Below are positions 44,908-54,855 of a stretch of DNA of 64,000 nt, in pieces. Source of the stretch: Nitrosopumilus sp. (lineage in GTDB: Archaea > Thermoproteota > Nitrososphaeria > Nitrososphaerales > Nitrosopumilaceae). Each line of letters opens with the position of its first letter. The stretch's first letter is position 1. A model generated the notes under the pieces. That model saw only the letters and a list, made by a program, of their open reading frames with translations. It searched no databases and was not told where the DNA came from. The position numbers and the translations under genes are program-made. Where the stretch lies: contig OZ250186.1 of NCBI GenBank assembly GCA_965238275.1, positions 2,016,001-2,080,000 of the forward strand, read 5' to 3'.

Positions 44908-45317
44908 TTATTCTGTAGCATCCTGCATATGCCATCGGATTCTGACTCGGGAATACTCAACGGCGGTCCAAACATGCTGTGTATGGGACCTGCAGAGTCG
45001 TCGGCGCTCCTGGGGACCAGATGGACGTGCACGTGCGGTATCTCCTGGCCGGCATCCCTGCCGTTATGGATTGCGACCAGGGTGGAGCCGGATATCGAGT
45101 CAACCCTGGATGCCATCTTGCGCACCAGCAGGAACAGATCGGTAGTCTCCCGGATACTCATGTCCTGAATCCTCTGCCTGTGCGCCCTTGGCATCACGAG
45201 CACGTGGCCCCTGGCAAGCGGGAACGCGTCCAGCATGGATACAGAGTCTTCAGTCTCCAGTATGACCTTGGCCGGAATTTCCCCGGATGCTATCCTACAG
45301 AAGATGCAGCCCATCAA
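44901..45317 (-). CDS. HIT family hydrolase
   Basis: CIFC, HVHVH triad. Confidence 0.93.
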   Translation of the reverse strand: MMGCIFCRIASGEIPAKVILETEDSVSMLDAFPLARGHVLVMPRAHRQRIQDMSIRETTDLFLLVRKMASRVDSISGSTLVAIHNGRDAGQEIPHVHVHLVPRSADDSAGPIHSMFGPPLSIPESESDGICRMLQNNQ

Positions 45318-45352
45318 GCCAGGTACGGGTTATTAAGATATTAAACCACCGG

Positions 45353-45631
45353 TTACGGCTCGACTATGCTGGCCCAGGCAAGGCCCTGGCCGTACTTTAC
45401 AGTCGCGTCATCCCCGGGCGCAAGGGTGCAGTCCTCGATGGTCTTTGGAATGTCGTCGCTGGTCTCGACATAGCAGGTGCCGCCGTCGTTTGTCAGTATC
45501 GTGACATCCTCGTACACGTCCTCGCGAATCAGATTCCAGAAGGGAAACACCGCAGTCGCAAGGACGATCCCTGCAGCCACAAGCGCGCCGCCAAACACAA
45601 GGCCGCCCTTTTGGCCGGATGTCAGCTCCAT
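45353..45631 (-). CDS. Small membrane-anchored hypothetical protein
   Basis: N-terminal TM helix, two Cys. Confidence 0.7.
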   Translation of the reverse strand: MELTSGQKGGLVFGGALVAAGIVLATAVFPFWNLIREDVYEDVTILTNDGGTCYVETSDDIPKTIEDCTLAPGDDATVKYGQGLAWASIVEP

Positions 45632-45635
45632 CCCG

Positions 45636-45800
45636 TTACCACGTACCGCCTTCGCCCAGATTGTTGTCCATCTTCTTGGCAGGGACGTTCCCGTGTGCCT
45701 TTTTCATGTGCCTCTTGAGGCGCTCCGGGTTGTAAAGCTCCGTGCCGCATGTGCCGCACTTTGTCTGACTCTGATCCTTTTCACGCTTGAACAGGCCCAT
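45636..45800 (-). CDS. 54-aa C2H2 zinc finger protein
   Basis: Manual translation MGLFKREK..CGTC..LKRHMKKAH; below ORF-track cutoff. Confidence 0.75.
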   Translation of the reverse strand: MGLFKREKDQSQTKCGTCGTELYNPERLKRHMKKAHGNVPAKKMDNNLGEGGTW

Positions 45801-45854
45801 GACATTGTGAATACTTGGGATACATTATAAAGGATACCTTGCTCGCAGGATGGT

Positions 45855-46997
45855 ATGGCAATTAGGAACATCACGGTTCTCGGATCCGGGGTCATGGGGC
45901 ACGGAATCGCCCAGGTCTCGGCGGCTGCAGGATACGACATAGTGCTGCGGGACATCAAGGAGGAATTCCTGGACAGGGCCATGGGAAAGATAAGGTGGAG
46001 CCTGGACAAGATGGTCTCCAAGGGGAGAATCTCAAGGGAGGAGGGGGACGCCATCCTTGGCAGGATCACCCCCGTAGTGGACTTGGACGAGGCGGTAGGC
46101 AACGCAGAGATGGTAATCGAGGTGGTTCCAGAGATTATGGATTTAAAGAAAAAGGTATACGCGGAGCTTGACAGGGCAGCCTCGCCGGAGGTGGTCTTTG
46201 CATCAAACACAAGCACGCTGCCAATCACCGAGATTGCAGCCACCACGTCACGCCAGGACAGGTTCATCGGCATTCACTTCTTCAACCCGCCGCAGCTGAT
46301 GAAGCTGGTAGAGGTGATTCCGGGTGAAAAGACATCCGATGCAGTCACAAAGATGACCCTGGAGTATGTAAAGTCTGTAAACAAGCAGGCAGTGCTGTGC
46401 AGAAGGGACGTTCCCGGGTTCATAGTCAACAGGCTGTTCATTCCGATGGTACACGAGGCATGCTACCTGATGGACAGGACCGGGGCCACGCTTGAAGAGA
46501 TCGACTCGGCAGTCAAGTTCAAAATGGGATTCCCGATGGGGATATTCGAGCTTGCCGACTTTACGGGAATGGACGTAATCCACAAGGCGACCACGGAGAT
46601 GCACATGCGCGACAAGAAGGTGATCAACCCGCACCCGCTGGTCAAAAGGATGTTTGAGGAGAAGAGGCTGGGACAAAAGTCAGGAGAGGGATACTACAAG
46701 CATTCCGAGGACAACTACGAGCGCGTCGCGCTCTCAGAGGAATTGGCAGGCAGGTGCAATCCGATCCAGCTGGTGGCAAACATCCTAAACAACGCCGCAT
46801 GGCTTGTCACAAACGGCGCAAGCGACATAGAGGAGATTGAAAAGGCCGCGCGGCTCGGGCTGGGGCTGAAGAAACCCCTCTTTGAGACTGCAAGGGAGAT
46901 AGGAATCAACGCCATCGTAGACGAGCTGAACAGGCTTGCCGGCAAGCACGGCGAATTTTACAGGCCGGATCCGCTGCTTGTATCTATGATGGTGTGA
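45855..46997 (+). CDS. 3-hydroxyacyl (3-hydroxybutyryl)-CoA dehydrogenase
   Basis: GSGVMGHG, SNTSTL, GIHFFNP, PGFIVNR. Confidence 0.94.
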   Translation: MAIRNITVLGSGVMGHGIAQVSAAAGYDIVLRDIKEEFLDRAMGKIRWSLDKMVSKGRISREEGDAILGRITPVVDLDEAVGNAEMVIEVVPEIMDLKKKVYAELDRAASPEVVFASNTSTLPITEIAATTSRQDRFIGIHFFNPPQLMKLVEVIPGEKTSDAVTKMTLEYVKSVNKQAVLCRRDVPGFIVNRLFIPMVHEACYLMDRTGATLEEIDSAVKFKMGFPMGIFELADFTGMDVIHKATTEMHMRDKKVINPHPLVKRMFEEKRLGQKSGEGYYKHSEDNYERVALSEELAGRCNPIQLVANILNNAAWLVTNGASDIEEIEKAARLGLGLKKPLFETAREIGINAIVDELNRLAGKHGEFYRPDPLLVSMMV

Positions 46998-47496
46998 TCA
47001 TGCCAAGGATCAGCCGTACCGCGTCAGCCGGGGTGTCGGCGCCGACGATCCGAACGTGCCTCCTGTGATCCAAAAACCCGTCAATGTACCGCTCGGCAGG
47101 ACCGCCAAGATTCCGTATCGCCACCATCGGCTTTCTGTTCATGTCGGCTGCGCACATCTCGGAGAGTGTTCCGGTACCGCCGCCGACTATGATGATGCCG
47201 TCAGCTGACAGGGCCGTCAGAAAGTCACGGGTCATCCCCATGCCGGTGGGAACCACGATGTCGCAAAACTCGTTGGCGTGCGAAAAATCGTCCTGGGGGA
47301 TTATGCCGACTGTGATGCCGCCTGCCTCCCTTGCGCCCCGCGAGGCGGCGCTCATCACGCCGTCCAGGCCGCCGGTGACCAGTACGGAGCCGGACCTGGC
47401 AATCTCGGCACCCACCCCGTATGCGGCCTTTTCATGCTCCGGGGTGCATCCGTTCTTTCCGTGCCCTATGACAGTTATCTGGCGCATTCGTGCCAT
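46984..47496 (-). CDS. TIGR00725/LOG-like SLOG protein
   Basis: VTGGLDGVM, VGIIP, GGGTGTLSE. Confidence 0.88.
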   Translation of the reverse strand: MARMRQITVIGHGKNGCTPEHEKAAYGVGAEIARSGSVLVTGGLDGVMSAASRGAREAGGITVGIIPQDDFSHANEFCDIVVPTGMGMTRDFLTALSADGIIIVGGGTGTLSEMCAADMNRKPMVAIRNLGGPAERYIDGFLDHRRHVRIVGADTPADAVRLILGMITPS

Positions 47497-47591
47497 GACG
47501 GGGATTACAGTTATTCTTTTAAATATTTTTTAGATGCCGGGGCAGGCATGAGGCAGACGGATCAGGCTTCCTCCTCCCCCCCCCCATCCAC

Positions 47592-48203
47592 CTACTCCAC
47601 TATTATCGTGCCTTGCATCCAGGGGCCGGGAATCCCCGCGTATTCGTACACGCCGGCCGCCTCGAACCTGTGCAAGAATTCGGCACCCGGCAGGAGTCCA
47701 TGAAAACCAAAGGCGGCGGCCAATCCATCCTCCGTTTGTACCATGCCGGCGACGCCGTGCGCCGTCTCGTCCATGTTTTTCCACACAACCGTATCGCCCA
47801 CACCAATTGTAATCACGCGCGGCACAAAGTAACATTCGCTTGTCTCTTCACATACAGAAACGTGGGACCCGGGCGAGATGACGATGACGGCGTTCACCAT
47901 ATCACCTGCCATCCCCGTCATACCCGTCAACGAGGGATCCGCCACCGTCTCGGGCACCACGGCAGGCGGCCTGATCACCAACGCGAATCCTCTCTCCAGC
48001 AACATCTCTGTCGACTCTGCAAAGACGCAGGCAGGCATGCCGGAAGGCGTCGTCATCAGCACGCGCTCTCCGGCACACGTTACCTCGCTTGCCTGGACGC
48101 CGTTTTGCGTCTGCTGTAGCGGCGTCAGGGCCTCTGTCGCGTACGCGGTGCCAGAAGCTGCAAGCACGGCCAGCACCAACCCCAGCGTCATGATTCCCAG
48201 CAT
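47592..48203 (-). CDS. Secreted cupredoxin-like protein with degenerate copper site
   Basis: Signal peptide; CEETSEC, GDTVVWKN..AH, PWMQGTIIV. Confidence 0.8.
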   Translation of the reverse strand: MLGIMTLGLVLAVLAASGTAYATEALTPLQQTQNGVQASEVTCAGERVLMTTPSGMPACVFAESTEMLLERGFALVIRPPAVVPETVADPSLTGMTGMAGDMVNAVIVISPGSHVSVCEETSECYFVPRVITIGVGDTVVWKNMDETAHGVAGMVQTEDGLAAAFGFHGLLPGAEFLHRFEAAGVYEYAGIPGPWMQGTIIVE

Positions 48204-48264
48204 TCATGTGAAGTTAAATCGGACGGTACCAAAGGGATCTGCGGCGTAATTTGTAGAATCGTGA

Positions 48265-49618
48265 AACTTTGTTTCCTAATTATCGCCAGTCACACCCAAC
48301 AGGTTCAGAATTAGGCCAGATCAGTTGAATTTGAACATCATATCAAACATCTTCAATAGAAAACCGTATTGATCAGAGAGGTGTGCAGGCAGTCAGGTAA
48401 CAGCCATGACTGAAAACACATCCTCTCCAGACAAAACGGGCACGCATGAGGCTAAAAAATCTTTCAAATCCAAAGAACGCCGGTTCCAGTACGATGACCG
48501 CAGGTACATAGACCGCGGCCAGTTGTGGACGCTCCAGATAAGCCCGGAGATCCTGACTCAGGGAGTCGAGAAGCTAAACTGCGGGAAGGTAGGCCGCCCG
48601 TACGTATTTTCAAACGCGTGCTTTGCAGCAGCATCCCTGTTCAAAAACGCCACCGGCATAAGGTACAGGCAGCTCCAGGGTCTGGCAGAGACGATAGTCG
48701 GCAAGGAAAACGCGCCCACGTACTCGGCGTTCCAGAAGAGGATGGCCAAGCTTGGCTGCACTGTTGCAGACAATGATGATGGTAGCGGCACGGCTTCTGC
48801 GTGGTTCTCAGACGGCGGCACCCGGGCCGAGATCAAGCTGTTTGCCTTCGACTCCACTGGACTCAAGCCCACAAACCGCGGCGACTGGATGACAGAAAAG
48901 TGGGGGACCAGGCGGGGCTTCATAAAGCTGCACGTCGGGGTGGATGCCAAAACCAAAAAGATCTACGCCGTGGCCATAACCGACGACAAGTGCGGGGACT
49001 CTCCGCAGTTTGAGGAACTGGTGGGGCAGGCCCTTGCAAATGCAAAAAAATCACCAAACTCAGACACTTCTGCAGGCACCAAGGCGGCAGCCGACGGCGC
49101 GTACGACACCCAGAAGATCCGCAGGTACTGCGACGAGCAGGGAATCGAGCCGCTGATTCCCGTCCGCATCGACTTTGCCGGAAAGGCGAACGGGTGCATG
49201 CCCCGCAAGGAGGCAGGATTCAGGCAGCTGGGGGACCTGGACTGCATGGACAAGACGGCAGAACGCAAGTTTGCAGGCCTCACGCGCGAACAAAAGAGGG
49301 AATTCCAGAAGGCGTGGCGCAGGGAGTCAGGGTACAACGACCGGTGGTCAGTCGAGATTGTATTTTCCACGTTCAAGCGGGTGTTGGGCGAGTGCATAAG
49401 CGCGCGCAAGTGGGAGAACGTCAAGGCCGAGATATACGGAAAGGTGCAGCTGTACAACCAGATGATCGATACTGCAATCGACAACGGGTACGGCACGCCA
49501 AGGATCGTGCAAGCCTACAAGCCCGGCCCAAGGACTGCAAGGGAAGGGGGCAAGACGACGACGTAGGCAGAATTGCACAGACGAGTATCTGTGTCGAGCG
49601 TAATTAGGAAACAGAGTT
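48265..49618 (+). mobile_element. IS5-family insertion sequence, complete
   Basis: 18-bp TIR aact(t/c)tgtttcctaatta, 1 mismatch (48265-48282 / 49601-49618); 9-bp TSD gaatcgtga (48256-48264, 49619-49627). Confidence 0.95.
48406..49566 (+). CDS. IS5-family DDE transposase
   Basis: GRPYVFS, FDSTG, FIKLHVGVD, ADGAYD, RWSVEIVFSTFKR. Confidence 0.93.
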   Translation: MTENTSSPDKTGTHEAKKSFKSKERRFQYDDRRYIDRGQLWTLQISPEILTQGVEKLNCGKVGRPYVFSNACFAAASLFKNATGIRYRQLQGLAETIVGKENAPTYSAFQKRMAKLGCTVADNDDGSGTASAWFSDGGTRAEIKLFAFDSTGLKPTNRGDWMTEKWGTRRGFIKLHVGVDAKTKKIYAVAITDDKCGDSPQFEELVGQALANAKKSPNSDTSAGTKAAADGAYDTQKIRRYCDEQGIEPLIPVRIDFAGKANGCMPRKEAGFRQLGDLDCMDKTAERKFAGLTREQKREFQKAWRRESGYNDRWSVEIVFSTFKRVLGECISARKWENVKAEIYGKVQLYNQMIDTAIDNGYGTPRIVQAYKPGPRTAREGGKTTT

Positions 49619-49662
49619 GAATCGTGAGTAAAGGATATAGATGATGCCACAACACACACACC

Positions 49663-49782
49663 ATGGAACGTTCAATGCCGGTGTGTTTTACCAAGAAACA
49701 GCACCAGATGATCGAAGAGTTTGCCAAAAGGAACGGAATGCTCAATACGAGCCAGGCCCTTGAGAAGCTCCTCGGCGCATAG
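49663..49782 (+). CDS. 39-aa ribbon-helix-helix-like protein
   Basis: Manual translation MERSMPVCFTKKQHQMIEEFAKRNGMLNTSQALEKLLGA. Confidence 0.6.
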   Translation: MERSMPVCFTKKQHQMIEEFAKRNGMLNTSQALEKLLGA

Positions 49783-50189
49783 GATCAGGCTTTACATCAC
49801 TATTTTATTTACATTCACAGCAGGAACGTTCTGCGTGAAATTCTGGAAAATGCAATAGCGCAATTGTTTTCACGGCTTATGCTGGCATTGCGTAGTTCTT
49901 AGACATTGGCGGACCGGATGGCTTGACGCCGTTGTCAAGCAGGCACGACTGGAATGGTCAGGATTATCTGAACGATTCCAGTTCCCGGTGCATGGTCTCG
50001 CGGTGCCGCCCCACGGATTCCCCGTCGTACCCCATCGCGCGCGCAATCGAGCGTCCCATCATCCCAAAGTCGGCCATGCGAGTACTGGGGGACCTGAGAA
50101 CGTCCAACAATATAATCTATATACACCACTACATATCTATATAAATCCATGTAAATGTCTATATCAATGAGAAACGGGTATGTTCATCG

Positions 50190-50339
50190 TTGAACAAAGT
50201 GTTGGATTTTGTATCCGTAGTTTCGCATCAGGGAAAAATGAGAGTGATCGTTGTCCCAAAACGATTCCACGAAAACGTGGACGGGCTTAATGGCAGGCAG
50301 ATTCGAATCATCGTGGAAGACATCCTGACAGATCTGTAA
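50190..50339 (+). CDS. 49-aa AbrB/DUF2080-like protein
   Basis: Manual translation from TTG: ..VSHQGKMRVIVVPKRF..GRQIRIIVE. Confidence 0.5.
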   Translation: MNKVLDFVSVVSHQGKMRVIVVPKRFHENVDGLNGRQIRIIVEDILTDL

Positions 50340-50653
50340 GAAGAGACATGATTCCCGCCCCGAATGCCCCGTTTTTGTTAGACCCAATGTGGTGGCAAAC
50401 TGTTGTTTGTCTTTCTTTTCATGCCCGGTCCAAGCGCGCGGTTGCATTTATTGGAATGCACGTGTACCTGGCGGGTTTATACCCGAATCCCTCAAATGTC
50501 CCATCCAATATATCACGGTAGGGAGTGAGCCCATCTAGGATATAATCCGGGGGGCCATTCCTGCCATCGTCCTTCAGATTGTGATTTCCTGCCAAAGGGC
50601 GGGAAGCCTTCCCTCCGCCTACATTTATAGAATAAGCCATGCTAAAATTATCA

Positions 50654-51064
50654 ATGGGACTGTTTGGCAGGGCGCCGTCGTTTTGCACCGTATGCAACAA
50701 GCAGCTGACCCACAAGCACAAGCCAAAGAGGGAGTGGAACATCAAGGGGCCGCTGTGCGGGGACTGCCATTTTGAAAAATCAAGGGATTACTACGAGGGA
50801 AAGATGAGGCAGCCCTGCGCCACGTGCAACAAGACAAGAAGGATTACAGACCTGTGGGAGCCCCGGTGGCAGTGGGACATGGAGGGCCTGCTGTGCAAGG
50901 AGTGCTTTGACAAAAAGGAGAAGGCATTCGGTGTGAAGAAGAATTTCTGTTCCCTGTGCGGTGAAAAGATGGGACTCATACGGTACAACCCCAAGAGCGG
51001 ATGGAAGATTGAAGGCCAGCTGTGCAGGATGTGCTGGGACAAAAAGAAGGCGGAGATGGGGTAG
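50654..51064 (+). CDS. Triple zinc-finger repeat protein
   Basis: Three CxxC..(P)xW..G.LCxxC units. Confidence 0.8.
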   Translation: MGLFGRAPSFCTVCNKQLTHKHKPKREWNIKGPLCGDCHFEKSRDYYEGKMRQPCATCNKTRRITDLWEPRWQWDMEGLLCKECFDKKEKAFGVKKNFCSLCGEKMGLIRYNPKSGWKIEGQLCRMCWDKKKAEMG

Positions 51065-51073
51065 TAGTAGTAG

Positions 51074-51268
51074 ATGGGACTCTTCAAAAGACTCAGGTGC
51101 GATGCCTGCGGGATCAGATTCTCAAAGGAGGAGGAACTGATGAACCACAGGCAGATAGTGCACGGGAATCCAGAGTACGACTGCAAGGAATGCAACGCGT
51201 TCTTTTCAAACATGGAGGACATGAGGACGCACCTCCAGAGGAACCACAGTTACAAGAAAGACAGGTGA
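51074..51268 (+). CDS. Double C2H2 zinc finger protein
   Basis: CDAC..HRQIVH; CKEC..HLQRNH. Confidence 0.85.
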   Translation: MGLFKRLRCDACGIRFSKEEELMNHRQIVHGNPEYDCKECNAFFSNMEDMRTHLQRNHSYKKDR

Positions 51269-51475
51269 CTATACGGCCTTTACGGTCTTGACCACGGGGG
51301 GCCTTACCTTTACAAACACCCTGAACCCGCAGATGCATTTGATCTCAGGCAGCCTGGCCAGTTCCGCGTTTGAGACGTTGGTGCCGCAGCGAAGGCACGA
51401 ATAGTTTACATCAAAGAGCTCGGCTGGTTTTTCGGATATCGGATTCTCTTCTGCCATCGGATTCTCTTCTGCCAT
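51269..51475 (-). CDS. rpoP: DNA-directed RNA polymerase subunit P (Rpo12)
   Basis: YSCLRCG..IKCICGFRVFVKVRP; duplicated MAEENP N-terminus. Confidence 0.88.
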   Translation of the reverse strand: MAEENPMAEENPISEKPAELFDVNYSCLRCGTNVSNAELARLPEIKCICGFRVFVKVRPPVVKTVKAV

Positions 51476-51510
51476 ACGAGTCATCAAGACATCCATAATT
51501 TAAGGATAGA

Positions 51511-51819
51511 TCATGTGAGGGACATCTCAATGTAGACATCGTCAGGGATCTTTAGCCTCATAAGCTGCCGGATTGCCTTGTCGTCTGCATTGATGTTGAT
51601 GATTCTCCGGTGTATTCTCATCTCCCATTTCTCGTAGGTCTCGGTGCCGTTCCCGCACGGTGATTTTCGCGTAGCGACGTGGAGCCTCTTGACGGGGAGC
51701 GGTGTCGGTCCCTTTACCTTGACGCCGGTCTTCTTGCTGATGCCCATTATTTCGCTGCATACGCCATCAAGTTTTATCAGATTGGTCGATGTGAGTTTTA
51801 CGCGGGCAGTCTGTGGCAT
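51511..51819 (-). CDS. rps10: 30S ribosomal protein S10
   Basis: KGPTPLP, RKSPCG, WEMRIHRR. Confidence 0.97.
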   Translation of the reverse strand: MPQTARVKLTSTNLIKLDGVCSEIMGISKKTGVKVKGPTPLPVKRLHVATRKSPCGNGTETYEKWEMRIHRRIININADDKAIRQLMRLKIPDDVYIEMSLT

Positions 51820-51829
51820 GAGAATCCAC

Positions 51830-53128
51830 TTATGGTTTGTACTCTTCGGTGATTTCCTTTACGATTCCTGCGGCAATGGTTGCACCCATGTCTCTCAGGG
51901 CGAACCTGCCCATCTCAGGGAAGTCCTTGAATGTTTCAATGCAGGTCGGCCTCACCGGTCTGATCTTGACGATGGCAGAGTCTCCCACCTTGAGGAACTT
52001 GGGGCTCTCCTCGTCTACTGCCCCTGTTGCAGGGTTGATCTTTTGGAGGAATTCGGTAACGGTCGCGGCCACCTGTGAAGTGTGCGCGTGCATCACGGGG
52101 GTGTAACCTGGCGCGATTGCCGTCGGATGGTGAATAACGATTATCTGCGCCTTGAATTCCTTTGCGACCTTTGGTGGCGCATCCGGGGTTCCAAGCACGT
52201 CGCCCCTCTTGATGTCCTTCTTTTCAATGCCTCGCAGGTTAAAGCCGATGTTGTCGCCTGCCTCTGCGGACGGCATCATCTGGTGGTGGGTCTCAATGGA
52301 CTTGACCTCGCCTACCGAACCGGACGGCATGACGACAATCTTGCCGCCGGTAGTCATGGTGCCTGTCTCGACCCTGCCGACGGGGACCGTGCCTACGCCA
52401 GTAATCGTATAAACGTCCTGGATTGGGACGCGCAGGGGCTTGCCGATGGGCTTTTCTGCCACCAGAAAGCCGTCAAATGCCTCAAGCAGGGTCTTGCCCT
52501 TGTACCAAGGCATGTTGTCAGATTTCTTGACCAGATTGTCGCCCTTCCATCCGGATACCGGGATGAATGGCACGTTCTCCAGTTTGTATCCTACGGACCG
52601 AACCAGTTTTTGGCCTTTCTCCTTGGCTGCATTGTAGGACTCCTCGGAATAGTTGTTGCTGTCCATCTTGTTGATTGCGACGATCAGCTGGCTTACTCCC
52701 AGTGTCTTGAGCAGGAATGCATGCTCCCTTGCCTGTCCGCCTGCAGCGATTGCAGTGTCTGTCTCGCCCTCCTTTGCAGAGAGTACCAGAACTGCCGCGT
52801 CAGCCTCTGAGGCTCCGGTGATCATGTTCTTGATAAAGTCCCGGTGTCCGGGTGCGTCAATCAAGGTGAAAAAGTACTTTGAGGACTCAAATTTCTGGAA
52901 AGCTAGATCGATGGTAATGCCTCTCTCCCGCTCATCTTTGATATTATCCATAACCCATGCATACTTGAAGGTGTCACCCTTTCCGGTCTTTTCTGACTCG
53001 GTTGCATGTGATGCGATGGTTCTCTCGTCTACAACTCCGAGATCCATCAAGAAATGGCCCATGGTTGTGGATTTTCCGTTATCGATATGACCTGTAATAA
53101 TCAGGTTCAGGTGGGGTTTGTCTGCCAT
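51830..53128 (-). CDS. tuf: Elongation factor 1-alpha
   Basis: GHIDNGKST, RERGITI, DAPGHRDF, NKMD; start MADKPH. Confidence 0.98.
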   Translation of the reverse strand: MADKPHLNLIITGHIDNGKSTTMGHFLMDLGVVDERTIASHATESEKTGKGDTFKYAWVMDNIKDERERGITIDLAFQKFESSKYFFTLIDAPGHRDFIKNMITGASEADAAVLVLSAKEGETDTAIAAGGQAREHAFLLKTLGVSQLIVAINKMDSNNYSEESYNAAKEKGQKLVRSVGYKLENVPFIPVSGWKGDNLVKKSDNMPWYKGKTLLEAFDGFLVAEKPIGKPLRVPIQDVYTITGVGTVPVGRVETGTMTTGGKIVVMPSGSVGEVKSIETHHQMMPSAEAGDNIGFNLRGIEKKDIKRGDVLGTPDAPPKVAKEFKAQIIVIHHPTAIAPGYTPVMHAHTSQVAATVTEFLQKINPATGAVDEESPKFLKVGDSAIVKIRPVRPTCIETFKDFPEMGRFALRDMGATIAAGIVKEITEEYKP

Positions 53129-53607
53129 GTAATGAGCCACTTCGAGGGGATTTATTACTGTTATGTATTGGGATTTTGCCAGGCCGCGCGCTTGCACGGG
53201 CTTGCCATGCCCCCGTAGATTGTTTGAAGAGACTCGCGCACCGGGCCTGCCAGGTATGGCAGGCGGTAATTACATAAAATCTGTCAAAAATCATGAATAA
53301 CTTCAGAATATGTCCGGAATTTTTTACAACAACAGTCCGAACCGGCGTACTCTTGGAAAAATATGGCATGTTCAAAACCGTGTATTATTCATGTCTTGTA
53401 TGCGCAGAACGGTATCACAACACAGGTTCATCAGGCCCGATCAAACCAGTCACGCAGTGTTTGGTACCATGCGGACAAATTCTGTCTGCAGGGATGGGGG
53501 CCACGCGGAGTTACACCCGGCCGCACACGTATCATACACCACACCGGCCCGCAGGCAGACGCCAGGATGGACGGCGTCTTAAAAGCACATAAATCAAAGG
53601 TGTAAAA

Positions 53608-54759
53608 ATGAAGAGCATGAGGATTACAGTCTCTGCCATCAAGGCCGATGTGGGCGGGATCGGGGGCCACACCAAGCCCAGCGACGGCCTGATAGACGCG
53701 GTAAGAAAGACCATCAAGGGTTCAGAAAGCCTGCTTATCGATTATTACATAGGATACTGCGGGGATGACGTGCACATCATAATGTCCCACACGCACGGGG
53801 CAGACAGCCAGCAGATCCACAAGCTTGCATGGGACGCGTTCATGGCCGGAACCGCAGTCGCAAAGGAAGAGGGACTTTACGGTGCCGGACAGGATCTTCT
53901 CAAGGATTCATTTTCAGGAAACGTAAAGGGGATGGGTCCCGGCGTGGCGGAGATGGAGTTTGAGGAGAGGCAGAACGAGGCGTTTACCGTCTTTGCCGCA
54001 GACAAGACGGAGCCCGGCGCATTCAACTATCCCATATACAGGATGTTCGTAGACGCGCTGAGCAACACGGGACTGATTGTAAACAAGAGTTTGGCAGGCG
54101 GAGTAAAGATGAAGATCATGGACGTGGAGAAGGGCAGGATTGCAGAGCTGGAGCTGTGGCAGGACAAGCCAACCATAGAGGCAGCACTCATGTATCCCGG
54201 GAGATACGTCGTTGATTCTGTAACCACCAAGGAGGGGGAGCCCATCCTTGCAGCATCCACCGACAGGCTGCACAACATTGCCGGAACCTACGTTGGAAAG
54301 GACGATCCCATCTGCATGGTCAGGACGCAAAAGATGTTCCCTGCCACCGAAGAGGTGGGAAGCGTCTTTAACAACCCCCACTATGTCGCAGGAAACACCC
54401 GGGGAAGCCACAACATGCCGCTCATGCCGGTAAAACTGAACTCCGCTGCAACGATCAACTTTTGCATTCCGATAGTCGAGGCGCTGGTATTTAGCATGCA
54501 CAACGGAAGGTTTACCGGCCCGTTTGACGGGTTCTCGACTCCTGACTGGGATCTCATCAGGGAGATTGCAACAAAGAAGGCAATGGCAATCAGAAGCCAG
54601 GGGTTCATCCATCCGGCCACCCTTGTTCCGTCGGAACTAGAGTATGCAGAGGGGTACAATGCAAGAATGGGTATCCTGGAAGAAAAGATGGTGCAGATGG
54701 ATGGTGCAGCCACATCATCCGGCGGCAAGAAGAAGGAAGGATACGAGGATCCGGACTAG
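53608..54759 (+). CDS. fbp: Fructose-1,6-bisphosphate aldolase/phosphatase
   Basis: KADVGG, GLYGAGQDLL, DKTEPGAFN, YVGKDDP. Confidence 0.96.
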   Translation: MKSMRITVSAIKADVGGIGGHTKPSDGLIDAVRKTIKGSESLLIDYYIGYCGDDVHIIMSHTHGADSQQIHKLAWDAFMAGTAVAKEEGLYGAGQDLLKDSFSGNVKGMGPGVAEMEFEERQNEAFTVFAADKTEPGAFNYPIYRMFVDALSNTGLIVNKSLAGGVKMKIMDVEKGRIAELELWQDKPTIEAALMYPGRYVVDSVTTKEGEPILAASTDRLHNIAGTYVGKDDPICMVRTQKMFPATEEVGSVFNNPHYVAGNTRGSHNMPLMPVKLNSAATINFCIPIVEALVFSMHNGRFTGPFDGFSTPDWDLIREIATKKAMAIRSQGFIHPATLVPSELEYAEGYNARMGILEEKMVQMDGAATSSGGKKKEGYEDPD

Positions 54760-54855
54760 TAGCATGCCTTTTGCGGCATTGCACAACACCGCGGCGGCAG
54801 GTTCCCTGCCAAACATGGAAGAAAAACAGATTAATGCATTCCCCAAAAAACGGTC

